From: Mytilus edulis
Taxonomy: Eukaryota
Length of the DNA: 64,000 bases
Direction of reading: 5' to 3'
NCBI RefSeq assembly: GCF_963676685.1
Contig: NC_092355.1
Coordinates: forward strand, 8,866,001 to 8,930,000
Both the position numbers and the translations under genes were made by a program. Shown here piece after piece: positions 1 through 12,096 of the stretch. Numbering within the stretch: the first letter of the stretch is position 1; the number at the start of each line of letters is the position of its first letter. The notes below the pieces were generated by a model. It saw only the letters and a list, made by a program, of their open reading frames with translations, made no database searches and was not told the origin of the DNA.

Positions 1-395
1 TAATGAAATGAGTTACTTCCCTTATTGTGACCATTTAACGTTTGATCCAGTATAACGAATTACATCCCTTATTGTGACACTTTAACGTTTGATCCAGTGT
101 AACGAGTTACTTCCCTTATCGTGACCATTTAACGTTTGATCCAGTGTAAGAGGTTTCTTCCCTTATCGTGACCCTTTAACGTTTGATCCAGTGTAAGAGG
201 TTTCTTCCCTTATCGTGACCCTTCAACGTTTGATCCAGTAGAACGAGTTACTTCTCTTATCGTGACCCTTTAATGTTTGATCCAGTAAAAGGAGTTACTT
301 CTCTTATCGTGACCCTTAATGTTTGATCCAGTAAAACGAGTTACTTCTCTTATCGTGACCCTTTAACGTTTGATCCAGTAAAACGAGTTATTTCC
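1..395. repeat. 47-bp minisatellite, about 8 copies, in an intron of collagen copy A
   Basis: AACGTTTGATCC recurs at 37, 84, 131, 178 and onward. A single homologous unit sits in copy B at about 36573-36620. Confidence 0.9.
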
Positions 396-1370
396 AGTAG
401 GAGACTTGTAAATATTTTCTTAGAAATTTTATAGCTATTATAAAGACATGTTCATTTTTTCAATCTGTTCTTTTGCATTTTGTCTTTTTCTAACTAATTT
501 CGAAGCTTATAGTTATTTTCTACAGAACTTGTTTTATATTATATTGAATACACCAACTATATCACGACTCTGAAATGGCAGACGAAAGAAATCATTTCAG
601 CTTACTGAAATTGAATTATTCATAATTTATGAAAACGATTTATAGTATATATTCTATAGTATAGTACTTCTGTTACTTTTTATTTGTAAATAACTTCATA
701 CGCGTTCATTACTCCTATACAAAAAGCGTATTTGGTTTTTCATTATTGTTCATGTTATTAAAAAAGATACTATTATTAGGAACGTTCAGCATAAATAAAG
801 TATCATATAAACAACAACCGGTAAATACAGTATCATTCATGTTATTCAATCCAAAGAACAAATAGGGAATAGAAAAACGGCAACGTCTGGTCATCGTCCA
901 GACGGCAATAACACATTTGCCAAAGCTGGGCGTCCGTTTGTTAGTGCAGTATGTTTAAATACGTAGCCACGTCGGGTCATTACAGGAGTGTCAAATTGTG
1001 TAGATAGGGCTCCATGCTTCTTGCAAGTCTTAATCCGGGTGCGGGAGTGTCTAGCTGCACTGAAGACCCATGGTGGACTCGGCTGTTGTATGCTCTTTGA
1101 TTGGGTTGTTTGCTCTTTGACACGTTCCATTCTCAATTTTATTTATGATTGTTCTGTTCCAATTTCCCTGCATTTTTATTTAGTAACATTAACATCACAT
1201 TATTATGACATTCGGCAATCCTCGGTAGAATCCGCTTCTCTCCAGATGAGGGTACGGAATCGGCCGAGTTGAGAAGAATGATTATTATGACATATACATT
1301 ATTGTAAAGGTGACTGCGATGAAGAATAAACCAACATTAAAGTAAATTGTTTTATTGTTTAATTTTACAG

Positions 1371-1391
1371 ATGAACCTTATGAAGTTATTG
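1371..1391 (+). CDS. Collagen-like gene copy A, 21-bp micro-exon (DEPYEVI)
   Basis: ttttacag|ATGAACCTTATGAAGTTATTG|gtaggt, phase 1-1; conserved in copy B at 38038-38058. Confidence 0.8.
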
Positions 1392-1997
1392 GTAGGTTAT
1401 TATCACATCATTTACATACATACAGTACTAACATGTCAATTACTTTGTCGTTTAAAAATCTAATGAATTCTTTGTACTACTTTCAAAGTCCAACAGAACG
1501 TTGTTATTGGTTAACTTATTAAGAATTAATTATTTTGAATTTAACTTACTCTTTTTTCATTATTTTGTTTCAAATTCGTGATAAAAGAAATATGATAATG
1601 ATTTTGAAAGTGACTTATAGACCCAATGGGTCGGTTGTATGTCATTTTTTATGTAATATATTTGTACTTTGTTAAACTGTTATTACACATGTCACTATAA
1701 TAAAAGACAACCTTACTTGAGTTGCCTCGTCTAACATGTCTAAATAATCATTGTAAAGAAATGCCGGTGTTTAATAAACAAGAGAGAAAAGAGGGCAAAA
1801 AATATACAAAAGAGAGTTGTTGTCAGTTTCAAGTCGACAAAGCAGTTTTAAATAATAACTGAATATTATATCAAGACTAATAATATGAAGCGACATGGAT
1901 AAAATGTCAAGCAAGGAACAAATTTCGATGCCTTAAAAATGATAATGTCAATAATTAATATTAGAACACAAAAACAATTTTAATTGTCTATTTTCAG

Positions 1998-2039
1998 AAA
2001 TTGGAGTACCTGGTCCTCCTGGGAAACAGGGTTTAGAAG
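1998..2039 (+). CDS. Collagen-like gene copy A, 42-bp exon (EIGVPGPPGKQGLE), start of Gly-X-Y
   Basis: ttttcag| ... |gtaaga, phase 1-1, in frame with both neighbouring exons. Confidence 0.85.
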
Positions 2040-2672
2040 GTAAGACGTACTGTAGATTCATTGAAAATTAATATGTAATACTGGAAATATGTTTTGTGTA
2101 AAAAGTAAAATTACAAAAATACTGAACTCAGAGGAAAATCTAATCGGAAAGTCCATAATCACATGGCAAAATCAAATGACAAAAACACATCAAAAACGAA
2201 TGGACAAGAAGTGTCATATTCCTGACTTGGTACAGGCATTTTCAAATTTAGAAAATGGTTGATTGAACCTAGTTTTATAGCGCTAAACCTCTCACTTTTA
2301 CAACAGTCTCATCAAATTCCGTTATATTTACAACAATGCGTGAACAAAACAGACAGAATAAATAAAATAGTCAAAATATGGGTACAGTATTCATCATAGA
2401 AAAGACACAAAAAAAAACTATAAAGTGTTTCTTCATATTGAAATAAACAAATATAATCAAACCAGTAAGATGTGTTTCGATTGTTATCTTTATTACGCAA
2501 GTTTAAACTTATATAAATATTTTGAATATCCCCTACCCCATTTTTTAAATAACGTACCGTTCATTCATTGGTGTATTACAAACAATTGTTATCGTAAAAA
2601 TTCAGAATGCTGAATGAATTTCCTAAATCCTTGCTACTGTTTTTCATTCCATTTATGTTTTACATTTTGAAG

Positions 2673-3185
2673 GAAAAAGAGGATCTCCTGGTCGATCTGG
2701 AACTCCTGGATCAAAAGGAGGTAGAGGAAACCCTGGCAAAACCGGACGTGCTGGACCTCGAGGGTTAATGGGATATCCCGGAAAAAATGGTGAAATGGGA
2801 GATCCTGGGAAAACTGGCAATCCTGGTATAACAGGACCTGCTGGACCAACTGGACAAAAAGGAATGGATGGAGTTCCTGGCTTAGACGGAACGGATGGAG
2901 CAAAGGGATCACCAGGTGCTGATGGTATCCCGGGAGAAAAAGGAGATAGAGGATCTGCTGGCGAAACTGGAACCGCAGGAGACATTGGGCCAGAAGGACC
3001 ATCTGGTCCGACTGGAGCTCCCGGATCAAAAGGAGATATGGGATTAATAGGACCAAAGGGAACAAAAGGAAACCCTGGTCCCAAAGGAGATCAAGGAAAA
3101 AGTGGACCTATTGGAGAAAATGGACGAACAGGGCCACCTGGACCCACTGGTCCAAAAGGAGAAACTGGTTCGTCAGGATCAGGGG
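2673..3185 (+). CDS. Collagen-like gene copy A, main Gly-X-Y exon (57 uninterrupted triplets)
   Basis: Acceptor ttttgaag at 2671-2672; 513 bp = 57 x 9; contains ORF 2768-3193. Ends either at phase-1 donor G|gtattt (3186) or reads on to TAA at 3191-3193. Confidence 0.9.
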
Positions 3186-3567
3186 GTATTTAAAATTTTA
3201 AATATTTGTTGTGCTGTAGGCACATGATTTTAAATGTGTGATTATATATAAACTTATTTTATAATCGAATGATAAATCGCAATTAATTTCAATTTTAAAT
3301 TTGTTTAATTTTTTTCTTCCAAGTTTCTGATATTGTTTTAAGAAGTAATTCACTTTGATAGCTTTAACTCTTTCGTAATTATTTTAATATTGGCATTCAA
3401 CAAAAATGTAACTCATTAAGATTATAAAACGTAATAGAAGTCCGAATACTAGTAGCTCGGTTCTACGTAATTTTATTTTAAACGCCAACTTCTCCATATT
3501 GTAACATACGTAGTAAGCTTCTCGCTACTTGTGAAGCACCTGTTCATCACTAAAAAAGTTAAACCAA

Positions 3568-5148
3568 TGGACTTACCGTAATACAATATCATTTCTCAAC
3601 TAGTTTAATCGAATGCTAACGTGCTACAATTGGATTTACCGTATTACAATATCATTTCTCAACCAGTTTAATCGAATGCTAACGTGCTACAATTGGATTT
3701 ACCGTAATACAATATCATATCTCAACTAGTTTAATCGAATGCTAACGTGCTACAATTGGATTTACCGTACTACAATATCATTTTTCAACCAGTTTAATCG
3801 AATGCTGATGTGCTACAGATAGATTTACCGTAATACAAAATCATATCTCAACCAGTTTAATCGAATGCTGATGTGCTACAAATGGATTTACCGTAATACA
3901 AGTACTATATATACCATGGTTTTTACGAGTTAACATATTTAAACAAACGAATCCGAAGGATGAGTTTGCTTAAATATGTTAATGAGTAAGACACATGGTA
4001 TATAAAATTTGTAATATAAATAAAATGATTGACAGCTTCAAGACCTTCAACTAATATTGGAAATTGATCACGTTACAGTTTTATCCAATGAAATGGAAGC
4101 TCGCGCAAGTCACTTTTGCGCTTCGTGTATGATCGTCTGTGTACTTCATGTAATAGAACCCCTGAATTTGCAGAAAGTAAAGAAAATGTCAGATTTTCCC
4201 TGATGTGTTTTTAGTTTTGCGCCCCGTGTATGATTGTAGGCGCAGGTAATTTCATAATGTCATCAGACTGAGGTAAACAAAAATGTCGGATTCCAGCGAC
4301 AAGGATTAAATAATTATTCTAATGACGGTAAGAATTGGTTTTTTTTCAATGTATCATACAAATTAATCATATTTTACAGAATTTTCATCTAATTGAAAAA
4401 TGCTTCTCTTCCGTTATTTTATTAGATTATTTATTAAAACACAATTTTAATGATAAAATAATATTTTAACAGTGGCGGATCCAGGGGCGTAGATAGTGTA
4501 CGTCCCCTATAAATCATGTTTTTTCACAGATATTTGTAGCCGATATTTATTCCTTTTTGTATAGGTACCCCCCTTTTTAAATCGAATTTAAATTGAATTT
4601 TCGCAAAGGAAATGATAGTGTTACATTTTATTTTTTTCAAAACTGAAAAAGAAACATTTAGTAATTGTTTCCAAAATTAAGGGAATTCGTAACAATTCTA
4701 TGTAGTTTGAAAAAGGTTTCTTGAAATGTGGTACACATAATGTATTGCTTTTTCTTATAAAATGAAAACAAATGAAGATCTTGACCTTTTAGTACGTTTT
4801 ACAGTTTCCTAAATATTTTAGAGGCGGATACATTAAAAAAAAAGGTGGAGCTTCAGCCATGGAATAACATGAAAATGAATATGTTATACCATGGCTGAAG
4901 CTCCGCCTTTTTTTCTTTGGATTCTAGTCGAGTTGCATATTTAATTAGCAAAGTATGGTACAACATAAATTTGCATATAATATACCATGGTTTTCCCTCA
5001 CCACACTTTTTAAGCAAATTATTTCATAAAAACATCAAAGGAAAAAATCCAATTTATGTTACAATATCATATATCAACCAGTTTAATCGAATGGATTTAC
5101 CGTAATACAATATCATATCTCAACCAGTTTAATCGAATGCTGACGTGC
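3568..5148. repeat. 63-bp intronic minisatellite (about 5 units at 3568-3900, resuming about 5060-5148), split by an inserted element
   Basis: TGGATTTACC at 3631 and 3694; uninterrupted homologous array of about 3 units in copy B at 42403-42581. Confidence 0.85.
3904..5064. mobile_element. Non-autonomous element with long terminal hairpin and asymmetric sub-terminal inverted repeat
   Basis: Hairpin arms about 3907-3948 / 3964-4004; TTGTAATATAAAT (4009-4021) pairs with ATTTATGTTACAA (5052-5064); absent from the homologous array in copy B. Confidence 0.65.
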
Positions 5149-5261
5149 TTTATTTGTCAATTTCAATTCAATATTAATTTTGTTCCTTTTTTATTGTGTT
5201 TTTATACCGTTATTCATGTTTTTTATTGCCATGTGGCAAAATAACTACTTAAAGAGCTTCT

Positions 5262-5525
5262 TGACTGTTCACCACCCACTTTTTAAGTACGGTCTCGGTA
5301 CTTTACTGTTCACCCCAAACTTCTTAAGTACTGGTTTCTTTATTTTACTGTTCACTACCAACCTTTTAAGTACTGGTTTCTGTACTTTACTGTTCACCAC
5401 AAAAGTACTGGTTTCTGTACTCTACTGTTCACCCCAAACTTCTTAAGTACTGGTTTCTGTAATTTACTGTTTACCGCCAACTTCTTAAGTACTGGTTTCT
5501 GTACTTTACTGTTCACGACCAACTT
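5262..5525. repeat. 42-bp minisatellite (about 6 units; shorter copy at about 7047-7265)
   Basis: Unit TACTTTACTGTTCACCCCAAACTTCTTAAGTACTGGTTTCTG, period 42. Confidence 0.85.
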
Positions 5526-5961
5526 ATAAGTCCTTATTTCGTTACACACGCGCATCTGGTTCACAGAGGAACCAATAATGATGCTTGATTCTAAAACTTG
5601 TTGAGGAAAATATATCACAAAAAGGTAGAAACATTGTGATTCATTACGAAAGTACTTGCGTCCTTTTCAGCTAAATACATCAAACGAATTGATTATTCGA
5701 AATAGTATTTGTGTAACTCATAATAAGTTATTCAGATGATATGAGAATATCAAATGAACAAATACAAAAATAAAGAAATGATACACTTATACACTTAAAC
5801 TTTTATTTGCGATGTTTTTTTTTTATCCGAGTATTTGTACACTTTGTGGAATGTTTTGATTATGCTTGTAATTATAATTTAGTATTCCATCTAATGAAAC
5901 TATCTATGTCTGGTAGCTGAAGATTACAATAATCAAAAAATTTTGTTTTGGTTTTAAACAG

Positions 5962-6027
5962 GTGAAACAACGACAACACGAACAACTGAAGAAACGACAA
6001 CACGTACAACTGGAGCAACGACACCAG
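5962..6027 (+). CDS. Collagen-like gene copy A, probable Thr-rich exon (GETTTTRTTEETTTRTTGATTP)
   Basis: Strong acceptor ttttgttttggttttaaacag; phase 1, in frame after 3185; ends at CCAG|gcaagt (GC donor) or continues to PGK*. Confidence 0.65.
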
Positions 6028-7703
6028 GCAAGTGAAGAAAAGGATGCAAAACCATGAAAGTAGTTCCGAGTTTCTTCTGTCTTTAAAAATAAGTTTACTG
6101 ACAGTATGAATTGATGTACCATGAAAAAAAAAAAAAAACTTTATATGATCTATTTATATTCTGTTTTCCCATTTATACTGATAACAATTGTATCAGTGTC
6201 AAGTCAGTTACAAATAAAGTAAAAGAATACCTGTACAGGCTTGTATGCCACTGGTCTAACTACGCCACATTGTATATGTGCTTGTCCCAAGTCAAAAGCC
6301 TGTAGTTGAGTGATTGCCGTGGGTTTCTGTCAGTCATATTAGTTTTTTCGTAAATTGTTTTCTCATAAATAAGGCCATTGAATTTTCGCAAAGGAAATGA
6401 TAGTGTTACATTTTATTTTTTTCAAAACTGAAAAAGAAACATTTAGTAATTGTTTCCAAAATTAAGGGAATTCGTAACAATTCTATGTAGTTTGAAAAAG
6501 GTTTCTTGAAATGTGGTACACATAATGTATTGCTTTTTCTTATAAAATGAAAACAAATGAAGATCTTGACCTTTTAGTACGTTTTACAGTTTCCTAAATA
6601 TTTTAGAGGCGGATACATTAAAAAAAAAGGTGGAGCTTCAGCCATGGAATAACATGAAAATGAATATGTTATACCATGGCTGAAGCTCCGCCTTTTTTTC
6701 TTTGGATTCTAGTCGAGTTGCATATTTAATTAGCAAAGTATGGTACAACATAAATTTGCATATAATATACCATGGTTTTCCCTCACCACACTTTTTAAGC
6801 AAATTATTTCATAAAAACATCAAAGGAAAAAATCCAATTTATGTTACAATATCATATATCAACCAGTTTAATCGAAAGGATTTACCGTAATACAATATCA
6901 TATCTCAACCAGTTTAATCGAATGCTGACGTGCTTTATTTGTCAATTTCAATTCAATATTAATTTTGTTCCTTTTTTATTGTGTTTTTATACCGTTATTC
7001 ATGTTTTTTATTGCCATGTGGCAAAATAACTACTTAAAGAGCTTCTTGACTGTTCACCACCCACTTTTTAAGTACGGTCTCGGTACTTTACTGTTCACCC
7101 CAAACTTCTTAAGTACTGGTTTCTTTATTTTACTGTTCACTACCAACCTTTTAAGTACTGGTTTCTACTGTTCACCCCAAACTTCTTAAGTACTGGTTTC
7201 TGTAATTTACTGTTTACCGCCAACTTCTTAAGTACTGGTTTCTGTACTTTACTGTTCACGACCAACTTATAAGTCCTTATTTCGTTACACACGCGCATCT
7301 GGTTCACAGAGGAACCAATAATGATGCTTGATTCTAAAACTTGTTGAGGAAAATATATCACAAAAAGGTAGAAACATTGTGATTCATTACGAAAGTACTT
7401 GCGTCCTTTTCAGCTAAATACATCAAACGAATTGATTATTCGAAATAGTATTTGTGTAACTCATAATAAGTTATTCAGATGATATGAGAATATCAAATGA
7501 ACAAATACAAAAATAAAGAAATGATACACTTATACACTTAAACTTTTATTTGCGATGTTTTTTTTTATCCGAGTATTTGTACACTTTGTGGAATGTTTTG
7601 ATTATGCTTGTAATTATAATTTAGTATTCCATCTAATGAAACTATCTATGTCTGGTAGCTGAAGATTACAATAATCAAAAAATTTTGTTTTGGTTTTAAA
7701 CAG

Positions 7704-7769
7704 GTGAAACAACGACAACACGAACAACTGAAGAAACGACAACACGTACAACTGGAGCAACGACACCAG
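7704..7769 (+). CDS. Identical duplicate of the Thr-rich exon
   Basis: Same sequence and splice sites as 5962-6027, offset 1742 bp. Confidence 0.55.
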
Positions 7770-8854
7770 GCAAGTGAAGAAAAGGATGCAAAACCATGAA
7801 AGTAGTTCCGAGTTTCTTCTGTCTTTAAAAATAAGTTTACTGACAGTATGAATTGATGTACCATGAAAAAAAAAATAAACTTTATATGATCTATTTATAT
7901 TCTGTTTTCCCATTTATACTGATAACAATTGTATCAGTGTCAAGTCAGTTACAAATATAGTAAAAGAATACCTGTACAGGCTTGTATGCCACTGGTCTAA
8001 CTACGCCACATTGTATATGTGCTTGTCCCAAGTCAAAAGCCTGTAGTTGAGTGATTGCCGTTAGTTTCTGTCAGTCATATTAGTTTTTTTCGTAAATTGT
8101 TTTCTCATAAATAAGGCCATTAGATTTTGCAATTGAGTGTTTTAATATTTTCTATGTAGAGCCTTTCAAAGCCCACTATACAGTATGGGATTTTTTCAAC
8201 GTTGGAGGTCGTGATTATCCTTAAATTGCCTATACTATCACTTCATTTGAAATTGGTTGATAGTTGTCTCATTGACATTTCTCTATTTTTATAATTCAAT
8301 ACTTTTTATATGTTATACGCTCCGGATTTGGTTTGTGACCAGTAATCGTTTTTTGCTTAATCGATGTATGGCTTATGAACAGCGTTATACTACTGTTGCC
8401 TTCATACACACATGTCATCTAAATAATTTCTCGTCTTTCAATGTATGTTTTCTATGATGTTGTCTGGTCTTACTTTGCATTTCTTTAAAAGCTTTCGGTG
8501 TTGATATTCCTGATGAAATTTAATCCAGGAAAGAGCGTAAGACACACACAGTTTATATTCCTGGCGAATTTACCTAAATATTTCCATACAATGGTCGAGT
8601 ACACTTCATTTAATGGTTATGTAAAATAATTGTTTTTCCGATGCTTCTTTTTTAATCGGTTTATGACAAATCCATTGAAGAAGTTACCATGCATGATTGT
8701 CTGCTGTCTGTTTAAGAATTGACAAAAACACGCGTTTTTCAATAAAATACTACACAATTTACCGCAGATTTCAGTTAAACGATGTTAATATCAGTAAGTT
8801 GCTCACATAAACGAATAATTGTTGCTATTGTAAAAATAAAAGTGGAATTCTCAA

Positions 8855-10227
8855 CACTACAAAAGTCAAAAAGTCTGAAAAGACCAGTTTTTGTCTGAAA
8901 TTGCAAAATAAATTTACTCGACATTCTTAATTTGTCTGAATAATTTTGAAAAATTCTTGACATAGTATGAATTTGTCTAATAAGGTTCTTGATCTTTCTT
9001 GACAAGTGTCTTGACAGTATGAACATTGTTTTAAAATTTCTCGACACTTCCTGTATCATCTTATAAGAGTCTGGATTAGTCTCGACCAATTCTTGACTGT
9101 CTTAAATTTGTCTCGATCTGTCTTGACATATTCTTGACATTCTTAATAATGTCTGAATATGTCTTGACATATTCTTGACATTCTAAATAATATCTGAATA
9201 TGTCTCGACACATTCTTGACAGTCTTAAATATGTCTTGACACTATCTCAGCAGTATAAATTTCGCCTGAAATGTGTAAAGATTTATTCTGCTCTGGTTAT
9301 GACATTCTATTGCTTTTATATACTACTTTTTATTATGGCTTAACTAAACTTTGAAGAATCAAGGATTAATTTGGTATAGTAAGATACCCTTTTGGTGCAA
9401 ATAAATTGGAACATTTAGTAAACTGAATAATCCCCCATATAGTTTAATTTTGATTTAACTGATCAATTGATAAGTTGTATGACTGATTACAGGTAAATCA
9501 GAAATTCTTATTTGACATTCTGTTAAATGAATGATTTGTATATCATCATAATTTGCTATTTATTTAAACCACATTTTTGTACAATAATTATTGACCATAT
9601 TAACATTGAATGTTATGAATGTAGAATGAAATATATCTACAGTATGATTGGTTTTAATCATTTAATTTATAAGATTTAGGAATCAAAATTTGTAATTTTT
9701 TAAAAACCCACATTTAAATTATCTTATACATTAGATTTCATAGCCATATTTGCATTTGTAAAAATATTTAGATACCCAAATTTTCAATTATTTTACATGC
9801 CCAACTTTCATTTTTGTTGTAAGAAGTGAAACTGGAAACAACAGTATATCATATAAAGAGAAATAAAGATTAAAGTTATATCATGAATATCGGTTACGAT
9901 TTGTAAAACTCAGAACTGTCGAGTAAATTTAAGACACAATTCAAAATGTTCAGAATATGTCATACCATATTAAGAAAAAATAAGAATGCCGAGAATATGT
10001 CGAGAAATTTCAAGACAGTATTCAAATGTCAAGAATTTGTCAAGAAATTTTAAGACCATATTCAGAATGTCGAGAATATGTCGAGTAAATTTCATACAAA
10101 TTTAATATAAATGAGAATTTGTCAAGAAAAATTAAGACATAAGTCATAATTTTGGAGAATATCGAGTAAAAGTTCATGCAAATCAAGACAAAAACTGGTC
10201 TTTTCAGACTTTTAGACTTTTGTAGTG
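8855..10227. mobile_element. Non-autonomous CACTA (EnSpm/CMC) DNA transposon
   Basis: TIR CACTACAAAAGTC.AAAAGTCTGAAAAGACCAGTTTTTGTC at both ends; 3-bp TSD CAA (8852-8854 / 10228-10230); sub-terminal TCTTGACA-type repeats in opposite orientations. Confidence 0.9.
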
Positions 10228-10583
10228 CAAACCATTACTATTCTTTAATTATGGATAAATACCAATAAAGTTTTGTTATTCGCTAGCGAAACAGCGGACC
10301 AAAACGATCAGTAGTTGTACTTGCATTCAAATTTCCACAAGTAAAGCTCCTGAACTTTTCAGTTAACTCGTTAACATAATGAGGAAAGCGGTTGTCAAAT
10401 ATCCGTCAACGTGGTAAATGCATTCAAAAATCACTATTATGACACAGAGCATATTACTACGAGTTTGACTATCCCTCTGGTATCTTTCGTCCCTCTTTTA
10501 AGCTGTTTTCTGACCTACTTCTGTCATTACAAATGTCAATATATGGGTCATTGTCATAAAAACTAAAGACAAATACTGCAGAC

Positions 10584-10820
10584 AAAGGAGGAGCGAAAGA
10601 TAGCAAAGGGACATGCAAAACCCATAGATCGAAAATACACTGACAACGCCATGTCCAAAAATGAAAAAGACAAACAGACAAATAATAGTACATAAGACAC
10701 GACATAGAAAACTAAAGCCTGAGCAACATGAACCCAACCATAAACTAGGGGGGAACGCAGGTGCTCCGGAAGGGTAAGTAGATCCTGCTCCATATGTGGC
10801 ACCTGTCGTGTTGCTCGTGT
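10584..10820. mobile_element. Interspersed repeat (related copies at about 31900-32135, 32630-32715, 37660-37890)
   Basis: Shared motif CAGGTGCTCCGGAAGGGTAAGTAGATCCTGCTCC and variants. Confidence 0.6.
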
Positions 10821-10999
10821 TTTGATATTGAATTGTCTCATGGATTGTTTTGTTATTGAGTTGTCTCATGGATTGTTTTCTTATTGAGATGTCTCATGGA
10901 TTGTTTTGATATTAAGTTGTCTTATGGATTGTTTTGTTATTGAGTTGTCTCATGGATTGTTTTCTTATTGAGATGTCTCATGGATTGTTTTGATATTAA
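10820..10999. repeat. Short array (about 6 units) of the 28-bp satellite
   Basis: Same unit as 18737-21684. Confidence 0.85.
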
Positions 11000-11019
11000 A
11001 CCCGGTAAATAGTCTAATT

Positions 11020-12080
11020 CGGTAAAAAGAAAAATCTCAAAAATACTGAACTACGAGGAAAGTTCGACACGGAAAGTCCATCAAATGGCAATATTAAAAA
11101 CTCAAACACATCAACCGAATGGAAAACAACTGTCATATTCCTGACTGGGTACAGGAATTTTCTTAAGTAAAAAATGTTGGGTTGAACCTCGTTGTATAGT
11201 TAGCATAAAATTGCATTATATTAACAAACAATTTGTGAACAAAACAAACAGACATAATCGGTAAAAATGTTGAAATTCGGAATACAGCAGTCAAATTTGT
11301 CAACAAACATTTACGATGGCACAATAAAACAATGACGGAGCCACATCTTATGTAAAAAATAAACATAAAAAGGCATATAGGCACAGCAAAAAAGTAAAAA
11401 CAAAAGATGACAATACAAAAATTATCATAGAACAACATCACAATAACTGGATGTATTAGTACAGAGCCACGTCATATGTAAAAGAGTAAACACGAAAAGG
11501 CGTATAGACAAGACATATAAGAAACGGAAAGACAAGAATACAAAAACTATCATAGAACAATAACGCAACGACGAGATGTATAAGAACAGAGCCACGTCAA
11601 ATGTATACCACCAAAAACAGACTGAACAGTAAAAGAAATATCCCTAAAGACACATTAGAGAATACTGTAACATGTTATTAAGATGATAAACAATGCTGGT
11701 ATCTAGAATCTATACTTCAAGAGTATAGCGTATTATTTGTGACGTTCATATGGAATATTTATCAACAAAATCTTGATACCCTTTGATGGACCTTTTGTAC
11801 GAGACGTTTTTTGACATACCACTGGTTCATCAACTTTCTGCTCAGACACTGGTAACGGTATACAAAGTGTAATTAGATGCTGCAGGCTCTTGAATATCGA
11901 ATAAGATGAGAAATGTATATCCCATTTGCAGGTCAAGTTGGTACATCGCTCCAAAGGTTGGGGAAATTGATGATTCCAAATTTAAATCGTCTCGTTTGTA
12001 ATATATTCTAGTACTGAGATTACCGTATCATTCGTGAAAAGAGAACGGGATTGTAGTTACGACATAAAAATCAACCTGTG
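11020..12080 (-). mobile_element. Degenerate Penelope-like element 3' fragment (RT C-terminal part plus non-coding tail)
   Basis: Minus strand about 12004-11800 reads YYKRDDLNF/GIINFPNLWSDVPT*PANGIYISHLIRYSRACS, matching the PLE YDKRDDFNF..NFP....NIP..PAYG.YISQLIRY.RAC motif. Its tail (11020-11300) recurs at about 2104, 28860, 30530, 35580 and 36320. Confidence 0.75.
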
Positions 12081-12096
12081 GTAAGGATAACATGAT

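Larger units (their letters stand above)
4592..8118. repeat. Near-identical tandem duplication (4592-6376 and 6377-8118)
   Basis: Near-identical ORF pairs 4917/6702, 5056/6841 and 5904/7646; the second copy lacks about one 42-bp unit; ATT microhomology at the junction. Confidence 0.95.

Noticed and set aside
891-1272. Short ORFs 891-1136 and 988-1272 (and most other 60-120 aa ORFs in the track)
   Set aside because: They overlap intronic or interspersed repeats and show no protein-like motifs.
8505-8548. CTGATGAA...CCAGGAAAG hammerhead-like remnant
   Set aside because: Helices I-III cannot be formed; too degenerate to call.
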